From: a virus
Lineage: Duplodnaviria; Heunggongvirae; Uroviricota; Caudoviricetes
IMG/VR virus record: IMGVR_UViG_2913123054_000004
Direction: 5' to 3' (one strand)
Length of the DNA stretch: 37,385 bases
In this document: positions 18,719-27,383 of the stretch, in pieces
Position numbering within the stretch: the first letter of the stretch is position 1
Layout of the letters: the number at the start of each line of letters is the position of its first letter
The notes under the pieces: generated by a model
Databases searched by the model: none
Told to the model about the DNA's origin: nothing
The model's input: only the letters and a program-made list of their open reading frames with translations
Program-made: the position numbers and the translations under genes

Positions 18719-19096
18719 ATGAAAAAGAAATTAATCAGCGGGCTGTTTCTGATGTTATGGATGGCGCTGTTAATCGCAGCAATGGTGTATCCGCAGGGGA
18801 TTTTTCCGGTACTGGCAGCGTCCGGCGTTTGGGTAGCCTGTTTGCTGACATGGGCGGTAATTCCGGTAGCACTGGCTGCGTTAATTAAGAACGGCCCGCT
18901 CTGGCAGGAGTTGAGGGCATCTTTGCTGAAGAGCATTACCCGAAAAGAAAACGTATTTATCAGCTGGGTGATGCGATTGCTGATTGTCGTAAGTCTCGCC
19001 TGGACGGGGTGGGCTATTACCATGGTCTTTTATCTACTGACCGTTATTGCCTTCTGGATGACCCGTAATCGGATGGCGCAACAGGTATCAGCATGA
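18719..19096 (+). CDS. lysA: LysA-like membrane protein (lysis timing)
   Basis: ATG at 18719 (MKKKLISG...); multi-pass hydrophobic protein in the P2 lysA position. Confidence 0.6.
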   Translation: MKKKLISGLFLMLWMALLIAAMVYPQGIFPVLAASGVWVACLLTWAVIPVALAALIKNGPLWQELRASLLKSITRKENVFISWVMRLLIVVSLAWTGWAITMVFYLLTVIAFWMTRNRMAQQVSA

Positions 19097-19521
19097 ACCG
19101 GTTGCTGCTGGTTGTGCTGGCGTTATTACTGGCGGCGCTGGGCTGGCAGACGTGGCGGCTGGCTGATGCCAGCCAGACCATCAGCACGCAGGCAGACGAG
19201 CTTCGGAGTAAAAGCCAGGCACTGGCAAAGAGCAACAGCCAGCTTATCAGCCTGTCCATTCTGACTGAAACCAATAACCGGGAGCAGGCGCGGCTCTATG
19301 CCGACGCAGAACAGACCAGCGCGCTGCTGAGACAACGACAACGCCGGATTGAGGAACTGAAACGTGAGAACGAGGATTTACGCCGCTGGGCTGATACTCC
19401 TTTGCCTGCTGACATTATCCGGCTGCGGGAACGTCCGGCACTCACCGGAGGTGCAGCTTACCGTCAGTGGTTGTCCGCGAGTGACGCCGTGTTGGCTGGG
19501 GCAGGCAGCGCCGCGCACTAA
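19093..19521 (+). CDS. lysB: LysB, Rz-like inner-membrane spanin
   Basis: 142 aa with N-terminal TM helix and coiled-coil periplasmic domain. Confidence 0.7.
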   Translation: MNRLLLVVLALLLAALGWQTWRLADASQTISTQADELRSKSQALAKSNSQLISLSILTETNNREQARLYADAEQTSALLRQRQRRIEELKRENEDLRRWADTPLPADIIRLRERPALTGGAAYRQWLSASDAVLAGAGSAAH

Positions 19522-19654
19522 CGGTGATCTGAACGCGTTGCTGGATGAAACGGAGGCCGCCTGGGCGGTCTGTGCAGACAAAGTGGACATGATTATTGCG
19601 TGTCAGGAGCGAAACAGTGAACAAACCACAATCCCTGCGCCACGCCCTCAATAA
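19364..19654 (+). CDS. lysC: LysC, Rz1-like outer-membrane lipoprotein spanin, encoded in an alternative frame overlapping lysB
   Basis: 96 aa with lipobox LTLSGC and Pro-rich tail; begins inside lysB in another frame. Confidence 0.65.
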   Translation: MRTRIYAAGLILLCLLTLSGCGNVRHSPEVQLTVSGCPRVTPCWLGQAAPRTNGDLNALLDETEAAWAVCADKVDMIIACQERNSEQTTIPAPRPQ

Positions 19655-20048
19655 AGCGGTGCCTTATGTCCGCAATAACCCGGACAAACTGCATCTGTTT
19701 GTGGATAACGGTTCGCTGGTTGCCACGGGGGCCAGCTCCATGTCGTGGGAGTACCGTTACACCCTGAACGCGGTGATTGAGGATTTCAGCGGCGACCAGA
19801 ATCTGCTGATGGCCCCGGTTTTGCTGTGGCTGAGGGATAACCAGCCCGATGCCATCAATAACCCGGCGTTACGGGAAAAACTATTCACCTTTGAGGTGGA
19901 TATTCTGCGCAACGATGTCTGTGATATCAGCCTGAACCTGCAACTGACGGAGCGTGTGCTGGTCAGCACTGACGGCAGTGTGTCGAGCGTTGAAGCTATA
20001 GCGGAACCTGATGAACCTGAAGAAATGTGGACGGTGAAACGTGGCTGA
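19596..20048 (+). CDS. R: Tail completion protein R (P2 gpR-like)
   Basis: Matches gpR; an in-frame GTG at 19616 is the start that aligns best with P2 gpR. Confidence 0.8.
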   Translation: MRVRSETVNKPQSLRHALNKAVPYVRNNPDKLHLFVDNGSLVATGASSMSWEYRYTLNAVIEDFSGDQNLLMAPVLLWLRDNQPDAINNPALREKLFTFEVDILRNDVCDISLNLQLTERVLVSTDGSVSSVEAIAEPDEPEEMWTVKRG

Positions 20049-20487
20049 ACTGCAGAAAGTGGACGACTGGCTGAGTGCCTTGCTGGCGAATCTGGAGCCA
20101 GCCGCCAGAAGCCGCATGATGCGCCAGCTGGCGCAGGAACTGCGCCGGGCACAGCAGCAGAACATCAGGATGCAACGCAATCCTGATGGCAGCAGCTATG
20201 AACCGAGGCGAGTAACAGCACGCAGTAAAAAAGGCCGCATCAAACGGCAGATGTTTACAAAACTTCGCACCAAAAAATACCTGAAAATCGCCGCCAGCAC
20301 GGATTCTGCCAGCGTGCAGTTTGAAGGTAAGGTGCAGCGTATTGCCCGCGTTCACCATTACGGACTTCGTGACCGAGTCAGCAAGAAGGGGCCTGAAGTA
20401 AATTATACTCAACGCCAACTACTAGGGGTCAACGAAAGCTCTCAGTTATTAGTTCGAGATGCATTGTTGCGTTTATTAACTTTTTAA
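20041..20487 (+). CDS. S: Tail completion protein S (P2 gpS-like); last ~30 codons AT-rich, possibly altered by the adjacent insertion
   Basis: 148 aa; N-terminal two-thirds gpS-like. Confidence 0.8.
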   Translation: MAELQKVDDWLSALLANLEPAARSRMMRQLAQELRRAQQQNIRMQRNPDGSSYEPRRVTARSKKGRIKRQMFTKLRTKKYLKIAASTDSASVQFEGKVQRIARVHHYGLRDRVSKKGPEVNYTQRQLLGVNESSQLLVRDALLRLLTF

Positions 20488-20504
20488 ATATCATCATTTA
20501 ATTT

Positions 20505-21064
20505 CTATTCATTATTTTTTAGTTTTTTGGATAAAAAGAATAGTCCAGCGATACATATGATCAATAGCACTACAGAAATAGAATTGTGAACTGTCCATTT
20601 GTCTGGGTCTATTACTGAAAGCATGAGTAGTATTACTGAAGCTATACCGAGCATTATAGGTTCTACTGCTTCATCAGGTCCTTTTGTTATAAGCATAAAT
20701 GCAAGTTGAAAACCACATGATACTGCGAGTGCTTTAGCAACATAACTTAGGGTTTTGATTTGTCGTATGTGGGCGAAGAATGGCTGTGATGATATATCGA
20801 TTGGCCAGAATGTATCCGCTAGTTCAACTGTACCCTTGAATAAAAGGAACCCTGTTAAGCCGATAAATATAAGACGTTGACAAAAAAATTGAATTCTATC
20901 TGCAGATTTTTCAGTTTCGGTTTTTTTTCGTCTTCAGGAGTTTTGAGTTCTTCCACCTTATATTTGAAAATATTCTTAATGTCTTTTTTAAACTGATTGC
21001 TTCCAAAGAACGCAATTGCAATGGCTGCGATTAATAAGGATGTTATTACGGATGTAGGCGTCAT
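20505..21064 (-). pseudogene. Membrane-protein moron split by a frameshift at a homopolymer tract (A8 at 20921-20928 or A7 at 20882-20888 on the coding strand)
   Basis: Two minus-strand ORFs (20855-21064 and 20505-20696); the downstream frame stays open back to 20933. One extra base in either A-tract would fuse them into ~186 codons with about five hydrophobic helices. Confidence 0.5.
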
Positions 21065-21076
21065 AACGAGCTAATT

Positions 21077-21094
21077 TGTGTGGTCGATTGTACA
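21077..21094. promoter_or_regulatory. Ogr-type late-promoter element (TGT-N12-ACA) upstream of V
   Basis: TGTGTGGTCGATTGTACA; same form as the O and FI sites. Confidence 0.45.
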
Positions 21095-21141
21095 TGCTGT
21101 TCAGATTACATCAGAATTTTAGTCATGACATCATTTTCTAT

Positions 21142-21720
21142 ATGAATAGACAACTAACCGAGATCATGCGCCTTATCACCAACCTGATCCGCACTGGTGT
21201 AGTCACCGAAGTGGACCGGGAAAACTGGCTTTGCCGGGTGAAAACAGGCGACTTAGAAACTAACTGGATCAACTGGCTGACGCTGCGTGCCGGGAATGCC
21301 CGCACATGGTGGCGACCATCGGAAGGTGAGCAGGTGGTGCTGCTGAGTCTGGGCGGCAATCTGGAGACCGCCTTTGCGCTGCCCGCTGTCTATTCGAATC
21401 AGTTCGCACCACCGTCGACGTCGGCGGACGCCTGCGTGACAGAACATCCTGACGGCGGCTGGTTTGAATACGAACCCGCCACCGGGCGCTGGTATGTCAG
21501 GGGCATCAAATCCATGGTCATTGAGGCTGCCGACAACATCACCCTGAAAACCAGTGAGTTTGTGCTGGAGGCTGACCGCACGCGTATTAACAGCGAAGTG
21601 GTGATCAATGGTGGCGTTACCCAGGGCGGCGGTGCAATGAGTTCTAACGGGATCGTGGTTGATGCGCATCAGCATACTGGCGTTCTGAAAGGCGGTGACA
21701 CCACCGGAGGCCCGGTATGA
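21142..21720 (+). CDS. V: Baseplate spike protein (P2 gpV-like)
   Basis: ATG at 21142 (MNRQLTEIMRLITNLIRTGVVTEVD...) aligns with the gpV N-terminus; the ORF track starts upstream at 21076. Confidence 0.85.
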   Translation: MNRQLTEIMRLITNLIRTGVVTEVDRENWLCRVKTGDLETNWINWLTLRAGNARTWWRPSEGEQVVLLSLGGNLETAFALPAVYSNQFAPPSTSADACVTEHPDGGWFEYEPATGRWYVRGIKSMVIEAADNITLKTSEFVLEADRTRINSEVVINGGVTQGGGAMSSNGIVVDAHQHTGVLKGGDTTGGPV

Positions 21721-22076
21721 CGCTTTATAGCGGGATGAACAATACCAGCGGTAAAGCCATTACTGATATTGACCATCTGCGCCAGTCGGTGCGGGACATT
21801 CTGCTGACGCCGCAGGGTAGCCGCATTGCTCGCCGTGAATATGGTTCCCTGCTGTCGGCACTGATAGACCAGCCACAAAATCCGGCGTTACGCCTGCAGG
21901 TCATGTCGGCAGTGTATGTGGCGCTGAGTCGCTGGGAGCCACGGATGACGCTGGATTCCATCACTATCAACAGCCATTTTGACGGTTCAATGATGGTGGA
22001 GCTGACCGGGCGACGTAATAACGGTGTGCCTGTTTCCCTTTCCGTATCAACAGGAGCAGAGAATGGCAGTGATTGA
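21717..22076 (+). CDS. W: Baseplate wedge protein (P2 gpW-like)
   Basis: 119 aa; start overlaps the V stop. Confidence 0.85.
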   Translation: MTLYSGMNNTSGKAITDIDHLRQSVRDILLTPQGSRIARREYGSLLSALIDQPQNPALRLQVMSAVYVALSRWEPRMTLDSITINSHFDGSMMVELTGRRNNGVPVSLSVSTGAENGSD

Positions 22077-22971
22077 CCTTTCGCAGTTGCCTGCGCCGCA
22101 GATTGTCGATGTGCCAGACTTTGAGACGCTGCTTGCCGAACGCAAGGCAGAATTTGTGGCGCTTCATCCGAAAGATGAGCAGGAAGCAGTGATCCGCACG
22201 CTGGAACTGGAATCTGAACCCGTCACCAAATTGTTGCAGGAGAACGCTTACCGTGAGTTGCTTCTGCGCCAGCGTATTAACGAAGCCGCGCAGGCGGTGA
22301 TGGTGGCTTATGCGATGGGCGGCGATCTTGACCAGCTCGCTGCCAACTACAACGTGAAACGCCTGACGGTGACGCCTGCTGATAATGACGCTGTGCCACC
22401 CGTTGCGGCTGTGATGGAAAGCGATGAAGCGTTACGCCTGCGTGTGCCCGCAGCCTTTGAAGGGCTTTCTGTTGCGGGGCCAACTGCCGCTTATGAATTT
22501 CATGCCCGAAGCGCCGACGGTCGGGTGGCGGATGCCAGTGCAACCAGTCCGGCACCTGCAGAGGTGGTGCTGACAGTCCTTAGCCGCGAAGGCGACGGAA
22601 CAGCAGAAAAAGACCTGCTGGATGTGGTGGAGAAAGCACTGAACAGTGAGAATGTCCGCCCGGTGGCTGACCGTCTGACGGTTCGCAGCGCGGAGATCAT
22701 CCCGTATCGCGTGGAAGCCACCATTTTTCTCTATCCGGGACCGGAAGCAGAGCCGGTAATGGCAGCGGCAAAAGCCAGCCTGCAGAAATACATCGCCAGT
22801 CAGACGCGGCTTGGTCGGGATATTCGCCGTAGCGCCATCTTTGCCGCCCTGCATGTTGAGGGTGTGCAGCGTGTGGAGCTGGCTTCGCCGCTGGCGGATG
22901 TGGTTTTGAACAAAACGCAGGCGGCATCATGTACGGAGTGGAGCGTGACCAACGGGGGAACGGATGAATAG
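22063..22971 (+). CDS. J: Baseplate protein J (P2 gpJ-like)
   Basis: ATG at 22063 (MAVIDLSQLPAPQIVDVPDFE); 302 aa. Confidence 0.85.
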   Translation: MAVIDLSQLPAPQIVDVPDFETLLAERKAEFVALHPKDEQEAVIRTLELESEPVTKLLQENAYRELLLRQRINEAAQAVMVAYAMGGDLDQLAANYNVKRLTVTPADNDAVPPVAAVMESDEALRLRVPAAFEGLSVAGPTAAYEFHARSADGRVADASATSPAPAEVVLTVLSREGDGTAEKDLLDVVEKALNSENVRPVADRLTVRSAEIIPYRVEATIFLYPGPEAEPVMAAAKASLQKYIASQTRLGRDIRRSAIFAALHVEGVQRVELASPLADVVLNKTQAASCTEWSVTNGGTDE

Positions 22972-23569
22972 TCTGCTGCCATCGGGGTCAACTTCACTGG
23001 AGCGCCGACTGGCGCAAACGTGCAGCGGGATTTCTGATCTGCAGGTGCCGCTGCGTGACTTGTGGAATCCGGCTACCTGCCCGGTCAGCTTCCTGCCTTA
23101 TCTCGCCTGGGCGTTCTCTGTGGATCGCTGGGACGAGGACTGGACGGAAAGCGTCAAACGCCAGGTGGTGAAGGATGCTTTTTATATTCATCAGCACAAA
23201 GGAACCACCAGTGCCGTGCGGCGGGTGGTGGAACCGTTCGGATTCCTGATCCGCATTATTGAGTGGTGGCAGACCGGAGAAACACCGGGCACGTTTCGTC
23301 TGGATATCGGCGTGCAGGACCAGGGCATCACTGAAGATACCTATCTGGAACTTGAGCGACTGATAAGCGATGCCAAACCATGTAGCCGTCACATGGTCGG
23401 CATGTCCATCAACCTGCAGACCAGCGGCCCGCATTGGGTGGGAGCCGCCAGCTATCTTGGCGAAGAAATCACGATCTATCCGTATATCAACGAAACAATT
23501 ATTTCCGGCGGCACCGCGCATGAAGGCGGGGCGGTCCATGTTATTGACACAATGAGAGTGAATCCATGA
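22964..23569 (+). CDS. I: Baseplate/tail protein I (P2 gpI-like)
   Basis: 201 aa between J and the tail fibre gene. Confidence 0.8.
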   Translation: MNSLLPSGSTSLERRLAQTCSGISDLQVPLRDLWNPATCPVSFLPYLAWAFSVDRWDEDWTESVKRQVVKDAFYIHQHKGTTSAVRRVVEPFGFLIRIIEWWQTGETPGTFRLDIGVQDQGITEDTYLELERLISDAKPCSRHMVGMSINLQTSGPHWVGAASYLGEEITIYPYINETIISGGTAHEGGAVHVIDTMRVNP

Positions 23570-24942
23570 GCACAAAATTTTATACCCTGCTGACGGATAT
23601 TGGCGCGGCGAAACTTGCCAGCGCCGCCGCGCTCGGTGTGCCTGTAAAAATTACCCATATGGCGGTCGGCGATGGCGGCGGAACATTGCCAGCGCCGGAC
23701 GCAAAGCAGACGGCACTGGTAAATGAGAAACGCCGGGCTGCGCTGAATATGCTCTATATCGACCCGCAGAACAGCAGCCAGATTATTGCTGAACAGGTGA
23801 TCCCTGAAAACGAGGGCGGTTGGTGGATACGTGAAGTGGGCCTGTTTGATGAGTTCGGGGCATTGATTGCCGTGGGCAACTGCCCGGAAAGCTATAAGCC
23901 GCAACTGGCTGAAGGCAGCGGGCGTACCCAGACCGTGCGTATGGTGCTGATAACCAGCAGCACGGACAATATCACCCTGAAAATCGACCCTGCTGTAGTG
24001 CTGGCAACCCGCAAGTATGTGAATGATAAGGTACTGGAGCTGAAGGTGTACGTGGATGACCTGATGGCAAAACATCTTGCCGCACAGGACCCACATTCAC
24101 AGTATGCACCCAAAGAAAGTCCGACGTTTACCGGAACACCCAAAGCGCCAACGCCAGCGGCGGGGAATAATACTACGCAGGTTGCGACCACCGCGTTTGT
24201 ACAGGCGGCACTGCTCACCCTGATTGACGGTGCACCAGCCACGCTGGACACGCTGAAAGAAATTGCAGCTGCTATTAATAATGACCCGAAATTCAGTACC
24301 ACCATTAACAATGCGCTGGCACTCAAAGCACCGCTGTCGAGTCCGGCACTCACCGGAACGCCAACAGCACCTACTGCGGCACAGTCGGTCAACAATACAC
24401 AGATTGCCACCACGGCATTTGTGAAATCGGTGATTGCAGCAATGGTAGGCTCTGCACCTGCGGCACTGGATACGCTGAACGAACTGGCGGCGGCACTGGG
24501 GAATGACCCGAATTTTGCCACGACAATGCTTAATGCGCTGTCAGGTAAACAACCGCTGGACAATACGCTGACTAATTTGAGTGGAAAGGATGTTGCTGGT
24601 CTTCTCGCATTCCTGGGTTTGAAAAACGCCGCACAACGCGACGTTGGGACTGGCACAAATCAAATTCCTGACATGAACGCTTTTAGCTCTGGCTCTGGCT
24701 GGCAGAAATTACCTGGAGGCAGGATTCTGCAGTGGCGGGGAATAGACAATGGCCCTGGGGATATTACAAGCCCGCTACCCATTCCATTTCCAAATCGCGC
24801 AATAGGATGGGCAATTACGTCCGATTATGTACCAGGGTCAGGCGGAGTTGGCACAATAGCCGGGACGTGTACTGCAACGAATATCATTTCACGAAATACA
24901 AATGTGAGCACTGGTGGTAGCGCTATCGTAGTGGGGGAATAG
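23566..24942 (+). CDS. H: Tail fibre protein (P2 gpH-like) with internal tandem repeats and a variable C-terminal domain
   Basis: 458 aa; conserved N-terminus; two ~73-aa tandem repeats (SPTFTGTPKAPT... / SPALTGTPTAPT...); Gly-rich C-terminal domain. Confidence 0.85.
   Translation: MSTKFYTLLTDIGAAKLASAAALGVPVKITHMAVGDGGGTLPAPDAKQTALVNEKRRAALNMLYIDPQNSSQIIAEQVIPENEGGWWIREVGLFDEFGALIAVGNCPESYKPQLAEGSGRTQTVRMVLITSSTDNITLKIDPAVVLATRKYVNDKVLELKVYVDDLMAKHLAAQDPHSQYAPKESPTFTGTPKAPTPAAGNNTTQVATTAFVQAALLTLIDGAPATLDTLKEIAAAINNDPKFSTTINNALALKAPLSSPALTGTPTAPTAAQSVNNTQIATTAFVKSVIAAMVGSAPAALDTLNELAAALGNDPNFATTMLNALSGKQPLDNTLTNLSGKDVAGLLAFLGLKNAAQRDVGTGTNQIPDMNAFSSGSGWQKLPGGRILQWRGIDNGPGDITSPLPIPFPNRAIGWAITSDYVPGSGGVGTIAGTCTATNIISRNTNVSTGGSAIVVGE
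24118..24558 (+). repeat. Two tandem ~219-bp coding repeats inside the tail fibre gene
   Basis: Repeat 1 24118-24336 and repeat 2 24340-24558, diverged at DNA level but clearly paralogous at protein level. Confidence 0.5.
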
Positions 24943-24944
24943 GT

Positions 24945-25367
24945 ATGAGAACGTATCGCTATGACGCAATAACAAACGCATTTTATCCGTATGAGCTACA
25001 GAATGAGTATGAACAAGCAGGGATGTGGCCGGAGTCGGGCCATGATGTGAATGAAGATATTTTTCAGCAATTCATCAACCCTCCCGCAGGTAAGGTGCGT
25101 GTTGCCGGGAATGACGGAATGCCAGCATGGGGGGATATTCCGCCACCGGCTCATGATGAACTCGTTGCGGTAGCAGATGTGAAAAAAGCAGCACTATTGG
25201 CAGAAGCGTCAGTCGTTATCGCCCCGCTGGCTGATGCGCAGGCGGGCGGTTATATCGATGACGCTGACGTGCCGCGACTGGCAGCATGGCAGAAATATCG
25301 CTATGCACTGACGAAAGTGGATACATCAACTGCGCCGGATATCACCTGGCCGCTGCAACCAGTGTAG
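24945..25367 (+). CDS. G: Tail fibre assembly chaperone (P2 gpG-like)
   Basis: 140 aa immediately after H. Confidence 0.8.
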   Translation: MRTYRYDAITNAFYPYELQNEYEQAGMWPESGHDVNEDIFQQFINPPAGKVRVAGNDGMPAWGDIPPPAHDELVAVADVKKAALLAEASVVIAPLADAQAGGYIDDADVPRLAAWQKYRYALTKVDTSTAPDITWPLQPV

Positions 25368-25471
25368 AAATCTTTAGTGTAAATCGTCAAAGATGCTGGC
25401 GACTTGATGATCGATGACGGTATCAGTGATGATAATTTACAGGTTGTACGGGAATAATACATGACAATTTG

Positions 25472-25513
25472 AATGGGGTATAATAGATAAATAATACATC
25501 ATTATACCCCATT
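25472..25513 (+). terminator. Hairpin (13-bp perfect inverted repeat) after the tail fibre genes, probable terminator
   Basis: AATGGGGTATAAT, 16-nt loop, ATTATACCCCATT, followed by TTCG. Confidence 0.4.
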
Positions 25514-25551
25514 TTCGCTATTATCTATTGGCAAAAATATTCTTAATGCCT

Positions 25552-26589
25552 TTATATTTGCCTACCTCCTAATAAAATGTGTGAGGTGTATTTGTTGGTT
25601 TTCAATAACCTTGCTACAATTATGCAGGTGGTTACAATAAGGAAAACAAATGAAGGGGTTATGATGAGGTTATATATGAGTGGATTTTCGCATAGGTTAT
25701 TAATGTTCACGTATGCCTCTATTCTGTAAAAAATAAACGACGAGATTATATAGATGGGAAAGGTGTAAGTACCGACAAAGGATGTGGCTCGTATAAATAA
25801 ATTGTTTTTCGTTGATAAAAATGTATAAGCATATATAAGCGATATGCTTCCGGCGAAGCCAATGAAGTAGCGAAATATAATAATGAATGATTGATGCCAG
25901 AAATCAACATTCTCATATGTCATTTTAGATATGTAAATATAATACTCTCTATTCCATAGGAGAAGCATGCCAATCCATGTTAATACGGATAACACACCAA
26001 TTTTGTGCCTATTTCTAGAGGCAAAATCTAAAATGCGATGGGCGGATATACCAGCGATAAAATAAGGGGCCATAAATTTAATTTTGTCCATATTCCAATC
26101 ATCTCCATATGCAAGGGATATACTAAATATCAGTAAATAAAGCACCACAGAATATTGTTTGCTTATTGAGTGACAAATAGTATAAACAATAGATACTGCA
26201 AAGAGTGCAGAAAGGAACCAGAAGGCGTAGATGGCTCCATATCTAATATTTATTAAATTTATATCTCTTCCCACAAAAATGGATTCAGCAATGAACCATG
26301 CAATGGATGGGATTATTAACTGCATGAATTTTCTTTTGATAATTGATGATGGTTTTCTCTTGAGAGAAAAATAGAAAAGATAGCCGCTAAGCAGCATAAA
26401 AAATGGCATGTGGAAGCTGTAAATGGTAATAAATAATGGGTTGTCAAAAAAATTTAAACTATCTTTTTTTACAAACTGAATTGAATGGCCCCACACGACA
26501 AAAATTATAGCTAATCCTTTCATTGAGTCTATAATGGAATTTCGAGTGCTGGGTGTCTCTGTTATAATAAGATGTGGTTCGTTTTTCAT
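25552..26589 (-). CDS. Acyltransferase family 3 membrane protein (O-antigen/LPS acetylase-like), probable lysogenic conversion gene
   Basis: 345 aa, ~10 hydrophobic segments, AT-rich; family-typical motifs GLAIIFVVWGHS and HMPFFMLLSGYLF near the N-terminus. Confidence 0.8.
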   Translation of the reverse strand: MKNEPHLIITETPSTRNSIIDSMKGLAIIFVVWGHSIQFVKKDSLNFFDNPLFITIYSFHMPFFMLLSGYLFYFSLKRKPSSIIKRKFMQLIIPSIAWFIAESIFVGRDINLINIRYGAIYAFWFLSALFAVSIVYTICHSISKQYSVVLYLLIFSISLAYGDDWNMDKIKFMAPYFIAGISAHRILDFASRNRHKIGVLSVLTWIGMLLLWNREYYIYISKMTYENVDFWHQSFIIIFRYFIGFAGSISLIYAYTFLSTKNNLFIRATSFVGTYTFPIYIISSFIFYRIEAYVNINNLCENPLIYNLIITPSFVFLIVTTCIIVARLLKTNKYTSHILLGGRQI

Positions 26590-26920
26590 TTAATTTGTCA
26601 ACTTTAGATTGAGTGGTATAAGAATTGCAACTAAACACTCGTGAGCTAATATTTACATATATTATCAATGATCATTAATTCAATCAATTAGGAATTGCTT
26701 TATTGTATGTAACAGATTCTCATTTTGGGGTAGATGCTACTATTGCTGTCATCACACCATAAATTAAGTCCATTCATATTAGATATCTTGGGTTGTTCCG
26801 GGAAGTACACGGCCACTATCAGTAAATGTGTGGTAAGAGCTTCACCAGTCGAACGTTTTTGAAAATACAGAGATAATGGCCAACAGGCATCATCCCCGGT
26901 TTTTATTTAGGGGGATGCTC

Positions 26921-27232
26921 ATGCTTATTGGCTATGTACGTGTATCAACAAATGACCAGAACACTGATTTGCAACGCAATGCGCTGAACTGCGCGGGATG
27001 TGCGCGGATTTTTGAGGATAAAATCAGTGGCACTAAGTCCGACAGGCCGGGACTGGCTGCAGCTCGCGCCAAAGGCAGAGTAGGTGGACGCCGTCCTAAG
27101 TTGACCACCGAACAGTGGGCACAGATTGGACGTTTACTCGAGGCCGGAGAATCAAGACAGCGTATTGCACTGATTTTTGATGTGGGTGTTTCCACCATTT
27201 ATAGAAAATTTCCGGCAAATAAGAGCAATTAA
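26921..27232 (+). pseudogene. Hin/Gin/Pin-type serine DNA invertase with in-frame internal deletion of most of the catalytic domain
   Basis: 103 aa: N-terminus [22 protein letters not shown]...DRPGL joins directly to the C-terminal HTH region ([20 protein letters not shown]...[10 protein letters not shown]). About 85 central residues are absent relative to Hin (~190 aa). Confidence 0.75.
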
Positions 27233-27289
27233 TCTCCCTGAATCAGCATTATTTTGATTATCCCTGCAAGCAGACAAATACCGTCATTT

Positions 27290-27307
27290 TGTGTGAATAA
27301 CGGTACA
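27290..27307. promoter_or_regulatory. Ogr-type late-promoter element (TGT-N12-ACA) upstream of FI
   Basis: TGTGTGAATAACGGTACA, centred ~85 bp upstream of the FI start codon. Confidence 0.5.
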
Positions 27308-27383
27308 ACTGCGCTTAGCTGTTTGTCAGGCACAATCACTTCAACATAGGGCGAAGCCTAATCCAATCAGGAGGTTCGCCGCT

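Noticed and set aside
23476-24656. Minus-strand ORFs of 206 and 254 aa overlapping tail fibre gene H
   Set aside because: Antisense to a high-confidence gene; Ala/Ser-rich translation typical of reverse-strand reading of repeat-rich sequence.
26459-26668. 69-aa minus-strand ORF upstream of the acyltransferase
   Set aside because: Overlaps the acyltransferase start in another frame; AT-rich low-complexity translation.
26876-26920. Upstream extension of the invertase ORF ([16 protein letters not shown]...)
   Set aside because: Invertase homologs begin at the MxIGYxRVST motif; the ATG at 26921 has a proper RBS, so the extension is probably untranslated leader.
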